Below the pieces are notes generated by a model. The model did not search any database. It had not been told where the DNA came from and saw only the letters and a program-made list of their open reading frames with translations. A program made the position numbers and the translations under genes. A DNA stretch of 64,000 nucleotides from the NCBI GenBank assembly GCA_963727775.1, contig CAVSHB010000001.1, positions 1,024,001-1,088,000 of the forward strand, read 5' to 3'. Position 1 is the stretch's first letter, and every line of letters starts with the position of its first letter. Of this stretch, positions 9,366 to 21,199 are shown one piece after another. Source of the DNA: an uncultured Nitrospiraceae bacterium. GTDB taxonomy: Bacteria > Nitrospirota > Thermodesulfovibrionia > Thermodesulfovibrionales > SM23-35.

Positions 9366-11339
9366 TCAATAAGCCCAGTAAGGACCGTTGCCAAGGCTGG
9401 ACGTAGTCCCATCGATCCCCAGATAGACATCCCGCCCTAAATAAAATGGAAGTCCCCAGTCGAATTCGCCAACATCACTCCCCCCTAAATCTGGAAATAC
9501 GTTGTTGGGCGAAGACATAAGACTATCGAAGTCTCCTATCTCGAAAGAGACTACTCCACTCGGGGAATCGAAGGCGCCTGTATTGGTAGCACTGAAGCTC
9601 CTTATGACAGAGGGGCAGTAAAATCCTGAATTGGGAGGAGCGCAATCCGGAAGCAGACTGGATGAGGGAGAAGGAAAGAATAGGCCATTTGAGCCGCTGT
9701 CGATAAAACTGCTGTAAGTGTTACCGTTGAAGGTTGTAATGAATTCACCGTTCTCGTCGGCGGCATAGGTTGACACTGCTGGAGGCACGTTGTTGGACCG
9801 GGTCCCGATACCAAGCACAAGGGTGCCATCGACCGAGGGCGAGCCTCCAGAAGGAACGCTCGGAAGCTTAACTATTACGCCGTTGTTGTCAACGGGCAAC
9901 AAAGCTACCGGGTTCTGCACTTGACTTGAGATTGCAACAGTGGTTCCGCTGCAGCTCGATCCGTTACACGAATAATATTGCCCGTTGTCGAGGTTGTCTG
10001 AGCAGAGGGAACCACAGTCCTGCGCAAAGAGTCCGACCCCAAGTAAACCGTTATACCCCGGATCATCCGGAACTTGGTCGGCATTTCGGCATGCGTGAGG
10101 GGCCCTTGCAAAAGTTGAGTCAATAACATGAATCGGTACCAAGACCGCAGGTTCGTTCCCCAGGATAACGCTCGCTGTCTGAACAGGCCCCCACTCCGAG
10201 GAATCGTCTGCGAACTGTACGCACTCTGCGAGCGAGCCCGAACCGGTACTTACCTGCGTCAAAGGAACGCTCAGTACCTGTTTAAATATACGTAGCCCAT
10301 AGCTTCCGGTATCAAGCAGAATATCATTTATCGTCTGACAGGTCGAGGTACCGGGCGAACAGATCGTCAGACTAACGCAAGGCTTATTCGTGTAAGAGTT
10401 AGCCGAACACAATGACCCGTTCACGGTTATGGTGAGTACATTGTCCTCAGTATTGACTGGTGGTGTATACGTGCATGATTGAGATAATATGGGAGTCCCA
10501 ACACAGCCCGCAGGGCTGCTTGATACGACTGTCCTTGTCTGTGTGCCGGTTTGTTGACATGCTGACCAGTCGGAGTAAGTGTAAGTGCATTGCTGGGGTG
10601 GAGGGGTACCAGTGCCTTTTCCACTGAGGTTAACATTAGAAATTGGTTTCTTCGGGTCATTAGTTGAAATACTCATCGTTGCACTCTTACGGCCCGCTGA
10701 TGTTGGACTTAACGTGACACTGATCGCACATGAACTGCCTTTTGCCACTATCGAACAGCTGTTGGTCTGATCAAACTCAGCAGTATTCGTGCCTGTAAAT
10801 GTTATCGCATTTACAGTAAGGTCTGATATGCCTGTATTTTTAATCGTCACTATTTTAGGAGCAGATGTAGAGCCAACTGCCACAGAACCAAAGTTAACTG
10901 ACATAGGAGAAACGGTGATCGTCGGGGGCGGAACCTGCCCTAAGAGTTGCACGTTAATGGTTGGTTTCTTAGGGTCATTGGATGAAATACTCATAACCGC
11001 ACTTTTGTTGCCAAAAGGGACTGTGGGGTTTAATGTTACAGTGATAGGGCATGAATTCTTTGCTGGTATCGTTGAACAACTATTTGTCTGATTAAACTCA
11101 TAGAGATTTGCTCCGGTAATAGTTATCGAATTTATTATTAAATCTTCGTTACCTGTGTTTTTGATGGTCACCGTCTTGGGACTAGACGTACTTCCAGCCT
11201 TTACGGAACCTAAATTGACTGACATGGGGCTTATGGATATTTTAGGCGCACTTCCAGCTTCAACAGAACCTAAAATGATAGCTGGCAATAAAATCACAAT
11301 AATTGTTGCTGCTAAGCCTAAAACTTTCTTCATGCCCAA
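9366..11339 (-). CDS. DUF3443 family protein with two N-terminal Ig-like domains and a TSP1-like Cys motif; putative pepsin-like aspartic protease
   Basis: NKPCVSLTICSPG, ILLDTGSYGLRIF, ECVQFAD..WGPV, QVQNPV, FIDSGSNG, FDWGLPFYLGR; signal peptide; YSDWSAC..TQTRT. Confidence 0.85.
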   Translation of the reverse strand: MGMKKVLGLAATIIVILLPAIILGSVEAGSAPKISISPMSVNLGSVKAGSTSSPKTVTIKNTGNEDLIINSITITGANLYEFNQTNSCSTIPAKNSCPITVTLNPTVPFGNKSAVMSISSNDPKKPTINVQLLGQVPPPTITVSPMSVNFGSVAVGSTSAPKIVTIKNTGISDLTVNAITFTGTNTAEFDQTNSCSIVAKGSSCAISVTLSPTSAGRKSATMSISTNDPKKPISNVNLSGKGTGTPPPQQCTYTYSDWSACQQTGTQTRTVVSSSPAGCVGTPILSQSCTYTPPVNTEDNVLTITVNGSLCSANSYTNKPCVSLTICSPGTSTCQTINDILLDTGSYGLRIFKQVLSVPLTQVSTGSGSLAECVQFADDSSEWGPVQTASVILGNEPAVLVPIHVIDSTFARAPHACRNADQVPDDPGYNGLLGVGLFAQDCGSLCSDNLDNGQYYSCNGSSCSGTTVAISSQVQNPVALLPVDNNGVIVKLPSVPSGGSPSVDGTLVLGIGTRSNNVPPAVSTYAADENGEFITTFNGNTYSSFIDSGSNGLFFPSPSSSLLPDCAPPNSGFYCPSVIRSFSATNTGAFDSPSGVVSFEIGDFDSLMSSPNNVFPDLGGSDVGEFDWGLPFYLGRDVYLGIDGTTSSLGNGPYWAY

Positions 11340-11375
11340 ATCTCCCTTATTATGGTTCCCGGAATTATTCGATGT

Positions 11376-11491
11376 TTACTGATAATTTCTTGCAATAGGC
11401 CCCCAATATGACGAGCCGTCTCCGTATTGGATGCACTCCACAATTGAGTAGGGACCGCCGCCCCACAGCCAGTCGCGGGCGCAAGACGCAT
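11376..11491 (-). pseudogene. Collapsed remnant of a second DUF3443 gene
   Basis: ATG 15 bp after the DUF2844 stop gives MRLAPATGCG; a shifted frame gives SIVECIQYGDGSSYWGPI, matching SLAECVQFADDSSEWGPV in the intact gene. Confidence 0.65.
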
Positions 11492-11505
11492 GGGAAAACA
11501 GTATT

Positions 11506-11976
11506 TTACCGGATTTCATCAACGCTCACTCCGGGAGGGATTAAGTCCGGGGCGTAAGCCCGGCCCTGAAGGTTCCGCATGTGCCCCCATTTCTCTACAA
11601 CAACCTGGTTCGTTCTCACTTGGAGGCGCCTTCGGCCCGGTTGACGCGAGGTCTGCCGGAGGGCTTTCTCGTATTCGCCAGCATAAGTGCCCAGAAGCTG
11701 CGTGAGATCCGGGTGGATAAGTCCATTCCAGGCGATTCCAAATACTATGCCGGACGGCGAAATGTATTCTCTCACGACGGTAGAATCAGAGGCGAGTTCG
11801 TGGACGGTGTAACCAGTGCCGACTGTAGCGGCACGCCGCACTGCCGACAGGGCCTTTCTATCCAATGTGATCGAATCGGCGGATTCACCGAGAGTGGCCT
11901 GAGCTTGCTGGACAGTAACCAAAATAGCTACCGATAGTCCGAGACTGAGAAAAAGGGCATAAGGTCTTATTTTCAT
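11506..11976 (-). CDS. DUF2844 family exported protein
   Basis: Signal peptide ending AQA-TLG; VREYISPSGIVFGIAWNG..PDLTQLLGTY; GHMRNLQGRAY; upstream of DUF3443 as typical. Confidence 0.88.
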   Translation of the reverse strand: MKIRPYALFLSLGLSVAILVTVQQAQATLGESADSITLDRKALSAVRRAATVGTGYTVHELASDSTVVREYISPSGIVFGIAWNGLIHPDLTQLLGTYAGEYEKALRQTSRQPGRRRLQVRTNQVVVEKWGHMRNLQGRAYAPDLIPPGVSVDEIR

Positions 11977-12026
11977 GGGATTGGGTCCCCCTTCATTTCT
12001 TGATTTGAACCGGTCTTCCCCTATTG

Positions 12027-12521
12027 TTAAAACCCCCGTGACCGGCCGCCGCGTGATCCTCTGCCGCCTTGTTCGTCACTACGCTGTATCTTTTCACTTT
12101 GTTCTTCCCTGAGCTTTTCGTACTCTTTCATCTGTTCCTTGGTAAGAATCACGCCAAGCCGCATATCAGTCTTCCACTGAAGTTCCTGCAGCTCATTTTT
12201 TATTGCGCTTCTGTCCTGTGCATCCCTTTTCAATATCTCACGACGCGTCTTAACGCTTTCCTCGATGATCGGACGTATCTTTGTTTCCTGTTCTTCGGTC
12301 AGGTTAAGACGCTCCTTCATTTTTGCCATGACCTGCTCGGCAGAACTGTTCGTATCCGGCAGGTCAGCAGCCTGCGCCGGAATCGGCTGCGCCATAAAGA
12401 TCGCAGCTATAAGCGTAATGCAAGTTGCAAAAGCAAGATGTTTCAGCAGACTCCTATTTCTTAAGCCCAGGACACGGCATCTTATTGCTGCCGAAGTCAC
12501 TGTCATCAAATCATTATTCAT
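12027..12521 (-). CDS. Exported helical protein with LT.EQ motifs (Spy/CpxP-like)
   Basis: Signal peptide; LNLTEEQ and ILTKEQ motifs. Confidence 0.6.
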   Translation of the reverse strand: MNNDLMTVTSAAIRCRVLGLRNRSLLKHLAFATCITLIAAIFMAQPIPAQAADLPDTNSSAEQVMAKMKERLNLTEEQETKIRPIIEESVKTRREILKRDAQDRSAIKNELQELQWKTDMRLGVILTKEQMKEYEKLREEQSEKIQRSDEQGGRGSRGGRSRGF

Positions 12522-12546
12522 GGTAAGCTACACGCGCAATCCACCG

Positions 12547-13098
12547 CTAACGCTCCGGAGGTGCCGTATCCGGGTATGGCGTAGAATACCCCGGTCCTGG
12601 TGGCGGAGGAGGTAGGGGCACAATTCTCCGTGAACGGGGAGGCTGCGTCACTACCCCTGGGATTTGGTCCCCTTTAGCATACATGCATTGTGTATATGCA
12701 ATATCATACCGATGCTGCGCCTCCCGTCCGTAAAATTGACCGGCGTTGGCGCCTGAGGCAGTTCCAACCAAAAGTCCGCTGCCGGCCCCGATAGCTGCGC
12801 CAGTACCTGCATGACCTGAAGCAGCACCTATGGCTGCGCCAAGACCTGCGCCGATGGCCGTGCCGACAACAGCCCCTGTGGCAGTATTCTGGTTGATAGT
12901 CTCCTGAGGGGACAGCCCGCTCTGCTGTGCTGCCCACTGCCTGCAAATGGCGTCATCAGCCTGAAATTGTTCAAAGGTTTTTCCAGAACCTGGCAGGGCC
13001 ATAACGCTCGGCCCTCTTGGAACGGTTGCACATCCGGCAACCGTCACCAGGAGCAGAGATAAAAAGATAATTATGTTGATGATGTTGCGTTTCCCCAT
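12547..13098 (-). CDS. Glycine-zipper lipoprotein
   Basis: Lipobox VAGC; GAVVGTAIGAGLGAAIG; YDIAYTQCMYAKG; Pro-rich tail. Confidence 0.82.
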   Translation of the reverse strand: MGKRNIINIIIFLSLLLVTVAGCATVPRGPSVMALPGSGKTFEQFQADDAICRQWAAQQSGLSPQETINQNTATGAVVGTAIGAGLGAAIGAASGHAGTGAAIGAGSGLLVGTASGANAGQFYGREAQHRYDIAYTQCMYAKGDQIPGVVTQPPRSRRIVPLPPPPPGPGYSTPYPDTAPPER

Positions 13099-13102
13099 GT
13101 CT

Positions 13103-13480
13103 TCATTCCTCCTCGTCCGGTGGAGCTGGCGGAATAACTTTCAACCAGCCTTTAGGACACTTTTTCACGTATGGATAGTAGCCCTCAGGTTTTCGGCAGA
13201 AATACCAGTAATATCGTTTTTCTGCTTGAGGGATCGGCTGGACATATGCCGGAGGCTGCTGTTGGATGATAACCTGTGTTTCCGGATAATATGGGTAGTA
13301 TGGATAGTACGGATAGTATGGAGGACCCCACCACCACGGACCCCATCCGTCCCATCCTGGCCCTAACCAGATACCCCCACCATGAAAGTGACCACCATCA
13401 CGTGCGTAGCCGGGGATGGTGATTGCAAAGAGCAGTACCAAAACGACAACGACAAGACAACCTGCTTTTTTCATTTCCAT
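13103..13480 (-). CDS. Exported Pro/Tyr/Trp-rich hypothetical protein
   Basis: Signal peptide; PYYPYYPYY repeat; YWYFC..PEGYYPYVKKCPKGW. Confidence 0.78.
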   Translation of the reverse strand: MEMKKAGCLVVVVLVLLFAITIPGYARDGGHFHGGGIWLGPGWDGWGPWWWGPPYYPYYPYYPYYPETQVIIQQQPPAYVQPIPQAEKRYYWYFCRKPEGYYPYVKKCPKGWLKVIPPAPPDEEE

Positions 13481-13898
13481 CTCCTTTTCTGCGGAGGGTT
13501 TTTGTTTCTTCCCCCATAATTAAGAAAATACTTATCCCTTTTGTTAAAGACATTGAAAACAATAAAAAGGTTACAAGGGAGACAGGATCATCTGGCCAAT
13601 AGCCGGGTTTTTTAAAGGGGTATCTTAGATGAAGTATGTCTGGATATTCCGCTGAGTTCAAACACCCATTCCGGCGCAGTTCGAACACCTCAGTTTTTTG
13701 AGCAAGTCCACCGCCCATGGCATCGGACTTCTGGCCGTACTATACACGGAGATGTTCTTCCTTGTAATAACACCGCACGGAGTCGCTGTGAGGAGCAACA
13801 ATTCACATAGAAACAAATGATTTCAAAAGTTATCCTCTACGATGATTATTATGTAAAATAATCACGTGCAGTTAGTAGAATTTTTGTACGCAAAAAAA

Positions 13899-13927
13899 TT
13901 GACAATTAGGAATAACTCCTATATAGT
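13899..13927 (+). promoter_or_regulatory. Sigma70 promoter with an overlapping palindromic operator (candidate PerR box)
   Basis: TTGACA (13899), 17 bp, TATAGT (13922); spacer holds TAGGA-N5-TCCTA (13907-13921). Confidence 0.72.
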
Positions 13928-13934
13928 TTAAATT

Positions 13935-14378
13935 ATGGGAAACAGATTAGAGGCAAATACAATGATGGAAATATTTTATCGGAGATCCAAAGAACACGGT
14001 CTGAAAATAACCCCCCAGCGTACCGCTATATATCAGGAACTGCTCAAAGCAAAGGACCATCCGTCTGCAGACATGATTTATAGGAGAATAGCAAAAAAAA
14101 TACCGAATATATCCCTTGATACGGTAAACAGGACCCTCTTGACTTTCTCTAAAATTGGTATTACAAATGTAGTTGAGGGGTACGGGCAGGCAAAGCGGTA
14201 TGATCCTGATATGGATATTCATCATCATTTCAGATGTATTCAGTGTGGCAGCATAATAGACTTTCACAGCAAGGAGTATGACAACATAAGTGTCCCTGAA
14301 GAAATCAACAAACAGTTTACGGTGATAAGTAAAAAGGTAGTACTTGAAGGTCTTTGCAGTAAGTGCAGAAAAGGCTGA
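13935..14378 (+). CDS. perR: Fur-family repressor, probably PerR
   Basis: GLKITPQR, HPSAD, HHHFRCIQC and CSKC motifs; adjacent to katG and sodC. Confidence 0.85.
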   Translation: MGNRLEANTMMEIFYRRSKEHGLKITPQRTAIYQELLKAKDHPSADMIYRRIAKKIPNISLDTVNRTLLTFSKIGITNVVEGYGQAKRYDPDMDIHHHFRCIQCGSIIDFHSKEYDNISVPEEINKQFTVISKKVVLEGLCSKCRKG

Positions 14379-14395
14379 TATTTTTTCTTCTTTAA

Positions 14396-14416
14396 TAGTA
14401 TTAATTACTATATAGT
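14396..14416 (+). promoter_or_regulatory. Second candidate PerR box plus -10 element upstream of katG
   Basis: TAGTA-N5-TACTA followed directly by TATAGT; same geometry as the 13907 site. Confidence 0.62.
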
Positions 14417-14605
14417 AGTTTTACATAATATTGAGGAGGTGATGACAATGCGTTAAGACAACTGTTCCCCGCTGGTGAATAATAAATAACGATAAATCTA
14501 CACAAATGGTTGGGTTTGACGTGATGATGGTGCTTGATGTAGCTTTTGGTTAAACACATAAGCAAAGATCTGTTTCACTTTAAAAAACAAATAAATAAAT
14601 ATTAG

Positions 14606-16861
<2,256 letters not shown>

Positions 16862-16899
16862 CATAAACGTATAGGGCAACTTAAGTGAAATGCAACGAC

Positions 16900-17025
16900 G
16901 CTATGGGTGATGCTCCTAAAAAAATCAAGATCCGTAACATTGGCAACTGTCTGAAGGCCGATAAAGCTTATGGCAAAGGGGTAGCCGACGCACTTGGTAT
17001 TCCACTGAGCGAAGTGCCCAAATAG
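16900..17025 (+). pseudogene. C-terminal remnant of a monofunctional (KatA-type) catalase
   Basis: Hand translation [41 protein letters not shown] resembles the KAD..YG.GVA.ALG end of small-subunit catalases. Confidence 0.8.
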
Positions 17026-17117
17026 CAGCGGGGTAATCTTTCAGGGGGAAATGATTTCACACAAACACCGGGCCGGAACAGCCAGCCCGGAAATATAAAT
17101 AAGAGGAGGAAGATATT

Positions 17118-17639
17118 ATGTTGAAAACTTTGCTTGTCATAGTGTGCATACTGTCGCTTTCCGGTTTTGTCTTTGCTGAGGATATAGTTGTAAAGGTTAA
17201 CCTGGTGGATGAACACGGAGTAGGGAAGGAGATCGGAACAGTGGCTGCATCTGACAGTAAATACGGACTTATCCTTACCCCCCAGTTGAGTGATCTTACT
17301 CCGGGTTTGCACGGCTTCCATGTGCACGACAAACCGGACTGTTCCCACGCCGTGAAAGACGGAAAAGCGATCCCGGCCCTTGCCGCAGGGGGCCATTATG
17401 ATCCTGCCGGCACTGGAAAGCATGAGGGGCCTTATGGAAACGGACATCTTGGCGATCTGCCCGCCCTCTATGTCGCGGCTGACGGAAAAGCAACCCTTCC
17501 TGTCCTTGCCCCTCGTTTGAAGGTGGCGGACATTAAGGGTAGGTCTCTTATGATCCATGCCGGAGGCGACAACTATTCCGACGCTCCTGCCCCGCTTGGC
17601 GGGGGCGGCGCCAGGGTAGCATGCGGAGTCGTCAAGTAA
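17118..17639 (+). CDS. sodC: Periplasmic Cu/Zn superoxide dismutase
   Basis: Signal peptide; [40 protein letters not shown]. Confidence 0.96.
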   Translation: MLKTLLVIVCILSLSGFVFAEDIVVKVNLVDEHGVGKEIGTVAASDSKYGLILTPQLSDLTPGLHGFHVHDKPDCSHAVKDGKAIPALAAGGHYDPAGTGKHEGPYGNGHLGDLPALYVAADGKATLPVLAPRLKVADIKGRSLMIHAGGDNYSDAPAPLGGGGARVACGVVK

Positions 17640-17717
17640 AAGCAAAAAGACTGTAATATTCCTTTGCAACTGTTATAAGAAAATAACATCCTGTGCTCTT
17701 GGCACAGGTCCTTATCA

Positions 17718-17750
17718 GCGACCCACAGGGTTAACGCCCTGTGGTGTCGC
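17718..17750 (+). terminator. GC-rich hairpin downstream of sodC
   Basis: gcgac-ccacaggg / ccctgtgg-t-gtcgc. Confidence 0.55.
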
Positions 17751-17973
17751 AATGACTTTATTTACAAGGAAAAAATAAAATCAAGGAAGAAAAGCAAATG
17801 ACAGGTGAAGTGATCACCAATTTGAGATGAATTGATGTGCGCAGTAGATGAAGTATTCAACAAAACTATGAGACCCTTGAAAAAGAGTAGTTGTACTCCT
17901 GTGTTTGGGACTAATTGGTATTCTCTGCCAGGCCATAAGGTAACTACGACATCTAAGGCGGTATGGGATAATA

Positions 17974-18022
17974 GTGTCCGAAGTACTCCGGAATTGATGT
18001 CCGAACCCCACCGGAATGTCCA
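17974..18022. mobile_element. Isolated terminal-repeat remnant resembling an IS21-family end
   Basis: Two tandem tgtccgaa-N5/6-ccggaat units ending in CA; reverse strand starts TGGACATTCCGG; no transposase nearby. Confidence 0.4.
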
Positions 18023-18306
18023 ATTTCAGCTAAACAAAATTGCAGGTGGATACTACAATTCCAACAGGAAGCATTATTTTTCGCTGAACGGTAAAAATGT
18101 CTTTTTGCAAGTATTAGAAATTTTATTGTTTTTAGGTATATGTAAACTAAATTTTCTTAGCTGCTTCATTAAGTCCTCACTTCGTGCTCATACTACGGCG
18201 CGACTTTCCCATCCAATGAAATAGTTTCAAGAAGCGCCAAGAGGTGCATTTGAGAGGGCCGAAGGCGTACTGCCTCCACTGCTTTTTCCACTAAGTTTAA
18301 CATTAA

Positions 18307-19926
18307 CCCGAAAAATGCGTTTGCTATAGGCATACCTATAGAGTCAAGCCTATCAAGGCATTGGCTGATTTGTCGATATAAAAGCTAATACTGATGCTGT
18401 TTCTTGTTCCACCTCCTGAAAATTATGTTCTTTTTATCTAAATGCAGTGCAATTACCAAAACTGGGGGGAAAGTATTGTCCCACGCGGTTAAAGAGGTAG
18501 CGCAGTTTTGATCGTACTTTCTGCGTAAAGACAGAAATCCGCAATACAGGTTTCCTTCCATCCCATCCTAATTGGGCTGGAAGGACAAGATACTTGTACC
18601 GTAAGGTTTTCAAACGTTCTGTCTTTTCTTTTTGACCGAGTATCTGATGCCTGAACAGGACAAACAGATTGTAGATGAATACCCGAATAAGCATAGCCGC
18701 CTCCGTTGAGTAGAAATACTTCATCGAGAACCCGCCGAGTGCAAAATCCTCTTTCAGTTCCTTGATGGTATTCTCATCGTTCGCCCTATGCCTGCATTGC
18801 TTCCATACCTCATATGTAGAATCATGTGAATTGGTTATCCATACGCTATAACGATAATGCCCTGTATCAAACTCATCTCCGAAAAGAGACAACTCTTTTC
18901 CCATCGCGTGCGGTCTCTTCTTGACATCCTGGCGCACTGCAATAAACCTCCTGTCGATTATCCACTCTACATGCTGGAAGAAGAACTCAGTGATCCATAT
19001 CCCTTCTTCTACCTGTGCCCAGTTTTGTTGTGCGTAGATTATCCTCTGCAGCGGACGATATAGGCGAGCAGCTATGATATATACTAATTCTCTCTTCTCA
19101 AGCAGTTCGATGAACTCCCTAAGATAAAATCCACTGTCTGCAATAATGCCCTTGATATCGATATGACCGTTGATCCTCTGCCATGTGGATTCAAAAAATC
19201 CAATAATGTTGTTCCATGACATCACGTTGCCGGGGCGGTTCCAAAGATTTATCACATACTTGTTTCTGTTAAGAAATGCCAGAAGCGGGCTGTGGCTACC
19301 ACGGCCCTTCTTCTTCGGGTTATATCCCCTCTTGACTCCCTCCTGTTTTCCGTATCGCTCAAGGACTGTAGAATCGAACGTCAACCAGTCCTCTTTGAGC
19401 TCTTTCCAGGGGATCAATCTCTTCAAGTATCCCCATAATCCCTCCGACATCTCTTCCACTTCCTTCAGTTTTCTGATCTTCCTGAAAAGCCTGCCCAATG
19501 TCGTCGAGGCGATAGGAAGCCTCTTCACTGCAAAAAGATCGGTGAAAATCTCCTGCCAACCAAGATAAAGTAGATGAGAAAACCTGCTGCCTCCCGCATA
19601 GATCAGAAGGATGTATGCCAATACCTTGCTGTATATCCCCATTCCATTGGGTGAACTCTCATGGATCGGAATCACCTCTTGCAAAATTCCTCTCAATTTG
19701 ATCTTTTCAAAAAATGCAGCCAATAAACTGAATCCCCCATATGCCGTCATCTTCTTCTCCGTAAATCCAATCCTTACTTTATTTATTTCGATCTTTGTGC
19801 TACATTTTGACTGCATATTTCTATTCTCCTTTCGTTTAGAGTTGATGGTCGGGTAAACCTATTGATTCTAATACGAAAGGAGAATTTCTTCGGGGATATT
19901 ATTTTAGGTCAACTGCACTTTTTGGG
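18307..19926 (-). mobile_element. IS1380-family insertion sequence, 1620 bp, TTAA target duplication
   Basis: Imperfect IRs CCCGAAAAATGCGTTTG / CCCAAAAAGTGCAGTTG; TTAA at 18303-18306 and 19927-19930; excision restores the host reading frame. Confidence 0.9.
18434..19816 (-). CDS. IS1380-family DDE transposase
   Basis: TAYGG, TFDSTV..YGKQEG...GYNPKKKG, RPGN, ADSGFY, RANDENTIKELK. Confidence 0.92.
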   Translation of the reverse strand: MQSKCSTKIEINKVRIGFTEKKMTAYGGFSLLAAFFEKIKLRGILQEVIPIHESSPNGMGIYSKVLAYILLIYAGGSRFSHLLYLGWQEIFTDLFAVKRLPIASTTLGRLFRKIRKLKEVEEMSEGLWGYLKRLIPWKELKEDWLTFDSTVLERYGKQEGVKRGYNPKKKGRGSHSPLLAFLNRNKYVINLWNRPGNVMSWNNIIGFFESTWQRINGHIDIKGIIADSGFYLREFIELLEKRELVYIIAARLYRPLQRIIYAQQNWAQVEEGIWITEFFFQHVEWIIDRRFIAVRQDVKKRPHAMGKELSLFGDEFDTGHYRYSVWITNSHDSTYEVWKQCRHRANDENTIKELKEDFALGGFSMKYFYSTEAAMLIRVFIYNLFVLFRHQILGQKEKTERLKTLRYKYLVLPAQLGWDGRKPVLRISVFTQKVRSKLRYLFNRVGQYFPPSFGNCTAFR

Positions 19927-21199
19927 TTAATAATTTGTTTCTTCGGGTCATTAGAGGAAATACTCATCAGCGCAGTCTTACTGCCCGCTGATGTTGGACT
20001 TGATGTGATACTAATAGCGCACGAACTACCCTTTGCTACTACTGTGCAGTTGTTTGTCTGACTAAACTCAACTGCATTTGTACCCGCAATTATTATTGCA
20101 TTTACAACGAGGTCTGATGTGCCTGTATTTTTAATCGTAACTTTTTTAGGAGCAGATGTAGAGCCCACCACGACAGAACCAAAGTTAACTGATGTAGTAG
20201 AAACGGTGGTCGTCGGAGGCGGGTCCTGCCCCGAGAGTTGCACGTTAATGGTTGTTTTCTTAGGGTCACTGGATGAAATACTCATAATCGCAGTTTTATT
20301 ACCAAAAAGAGATGTTGGGCTGAAAGTCACCGAGATAGTACATGAGCTACCTGGAGAGATTACGGTGCAGGAGTTTGTTTCACTGAAGTCATTTGGATCT
20401 GCACCTGCGATACTTATCGAATCTATTATAAGACTGCCCTTGCCCGTATTCTTGACAGTTACTGTTTTCGGAGCAGACGTGCTTCCGGCTTTCAGTGAAC
20501 CGAAGTTAATCGATGTGGGGAGTACGGAGATTTTGGGGATACCAGCCTGAACTGCTGTAAAAGTTGCTGTGACGGTTGTGTCGGCATTCATCGTTATAGT
20601 ACAAGTGCCCATGCCTGAACACCCGCCGCCGGACCAGCCTGCAACTGTTGAGCCGGTAGCCGGGGTGGCTGTCAAGCTTACCACAGTACCAGAGGTAAAT
20701 GATCCTACGCAAGTGGCCCCACAATCTATGCCGGCCGGTGAACTTATCACTTCCCCTGTCCCTGTTGATGTATTTGATTTTGTTAGCGTGAGAGTATGCG
20801 GGACTGTAACCCCTATGCCTGTTAGTGAAGCACTCACTGTTATGTTTGAGTCATATGTTACAACCAGGCTTGCACTTTTAGTTCCATTTGAGTCAGGAGC
20901 GAATAATACTTGAACTGTACATGTTCCCGCTGGGGGAAGTGTCTTACCCGAGCAGGAATCTTTTTGGATACTGAATTCAGAGGGATTGGCACCTCCTTTT
21001 GATATCGATGTTACGCCGGAACCGGCCGTGCCATTGTTTGTGACAATAAAAGTTTGAGGCTGCGAAGAGTTACCAATATTTACGCTACCGTAATCCTGAG
21101 AAGTTGGAGATATGTTTAACGCTGCCTGCGGCAGTGTGTCCGAGAGTTTCAGCACAAATATCTGTCCGCTGTAAGCGTTTAGAGGGATCTGTCCGCTAG

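Larger units (their letters stand above)
18227..21199 (-). pseudogene. Third propeller/Ig gene: 5'-truncated by IS1182 and interrupted by IS1380
   Basis: ORF 19899-21221; 20214-21161 matches 5539-6486; removing IS1380 restores DPKKQIINVKLSGKS...GAS* ending at 18227. Confidence 0.85.

Noticed and set aside
17832..18224. 130-aa ORF downstream of sodC
   Set aside because: Runs through the IS-end-like repeats, with no motif or RBS
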